A DNA stretch of 64,000 bases from Narcine bancroftii. Its lineage: Eukaryota. The notes under the pieces are model-generated. The model saw only the letters and a program-made list of their open reading frames with translations. It made no database searches and was not told the DNA's origin. Positions 63,461 to 64,000 of this stretch are shown here, in pieces. The stretch spans positions 140,058,001 through 140,122,000 of the forward strand of contig NC_091476.1 in the NCBI RefSeq assembly GCF_036971445.1, read 5' to 3'. The translations under genes were made by a program, and so were the position numbers. The first letter of the stretch is position 1. The number at the start of each line of letters is the position of its first letter.

Positions 63461-64000
63461 ATGTTTACATCGCAACCCCTTCACTCCCCATCCATGTTTA
63501 CCATGAAGATATCATGAACGATTCATATTGCTGTTGGCCAAATGTGCCAGCGCAGACTCTCTGAGAGATGCAAAGCTAAAGGTAACTGTTTATCATGCCA
63601 GATCCTCACTGAATATTGAAATATAGAGGTATTGATTTACTTTTGGGTGTTTGATGTTAGCTTTGTGTGGAATTTAATTCTTTATTAGACCTGCTCATGG
63701 CTGGGAGTGTTTGGTAAGAGGGAGTAATAGATAAACAATGGCAGATATGGTTCAGGTGACATTTATTCTGTGCATATTATGTTGAATAGAGAGTAGTAAT
63801 TCAACTCAAACACTATGTGTTGGTCTATTTGGGCAACATCAGGCATCTCCATGTCTTCCCCTACATTATTACAACCACTGAGAACTTATTTATTTTCCTC
63901 TTGGCCGGAACATGTTTGATTTGCAAGTTGCAGGCTGACCTTGGAGAGGATCTGTTATTCTTTAACTTTACACTTAAAGCTACTTTCTTTCTGCTCAGGA

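Noticed and set aside
61416-63564. Long Pro/His/Ser-rich ORFs (617, 583, 296 aa) as an extensin-like gene
   Set aside because: All three plus frames are open because the G-poor satellite rarely forms stop codons; no splice or domain evidence.

Overview
Eukaryotic, repeat-dominated genomic DNA, most likely from a cartilaginous fish (inferred from the HE1/V-type tRNA SINEs, abundant CR1 LINEs, Rex1/Babar, L1/Tx1 and Penelope remnants). Most of the window reads as intronic or intergenic DNA, and nearly all tracked ORFs are transposon fragments, their antisense shadows or low-complexity translations. Best-supported elements: (i) a young full-length RTE LINE (22394-26295, minus) with a 10-bp TSD, one nonsense mutation and a repeat-built GC-rich 5' end; (ii) an internally deleted Gypsy element (54704-57540, minus) with both LTRs, a 5-bp TSD and a tRNA-Leu-type PBS; (iii) a truncated Gypsy 5' end (19769-20361) whose PBS position is complementary to its own LTR, suggesting tRNA-independent self-priming; (iv) many Penelope terminal-repeat remnants carrying minimal hammerhead-ribozyme-like motifs, often as fold-backs; (v) a Tigger-like MITE filled with a GC-rich minisatellite; (vi) a 2-kb C-rich satellite; (vii) one probable host exon, a short first coding exon (48452-48548, MGNTHHKRK...KKG) resembling an alternative N-terminus of NHS-family genes (KIAA1522/NHSL3-like). 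There is a 368-N assembly gap. All family assignments are from recognition by eye, not database searches, and boundaries of old repeats are approximate.
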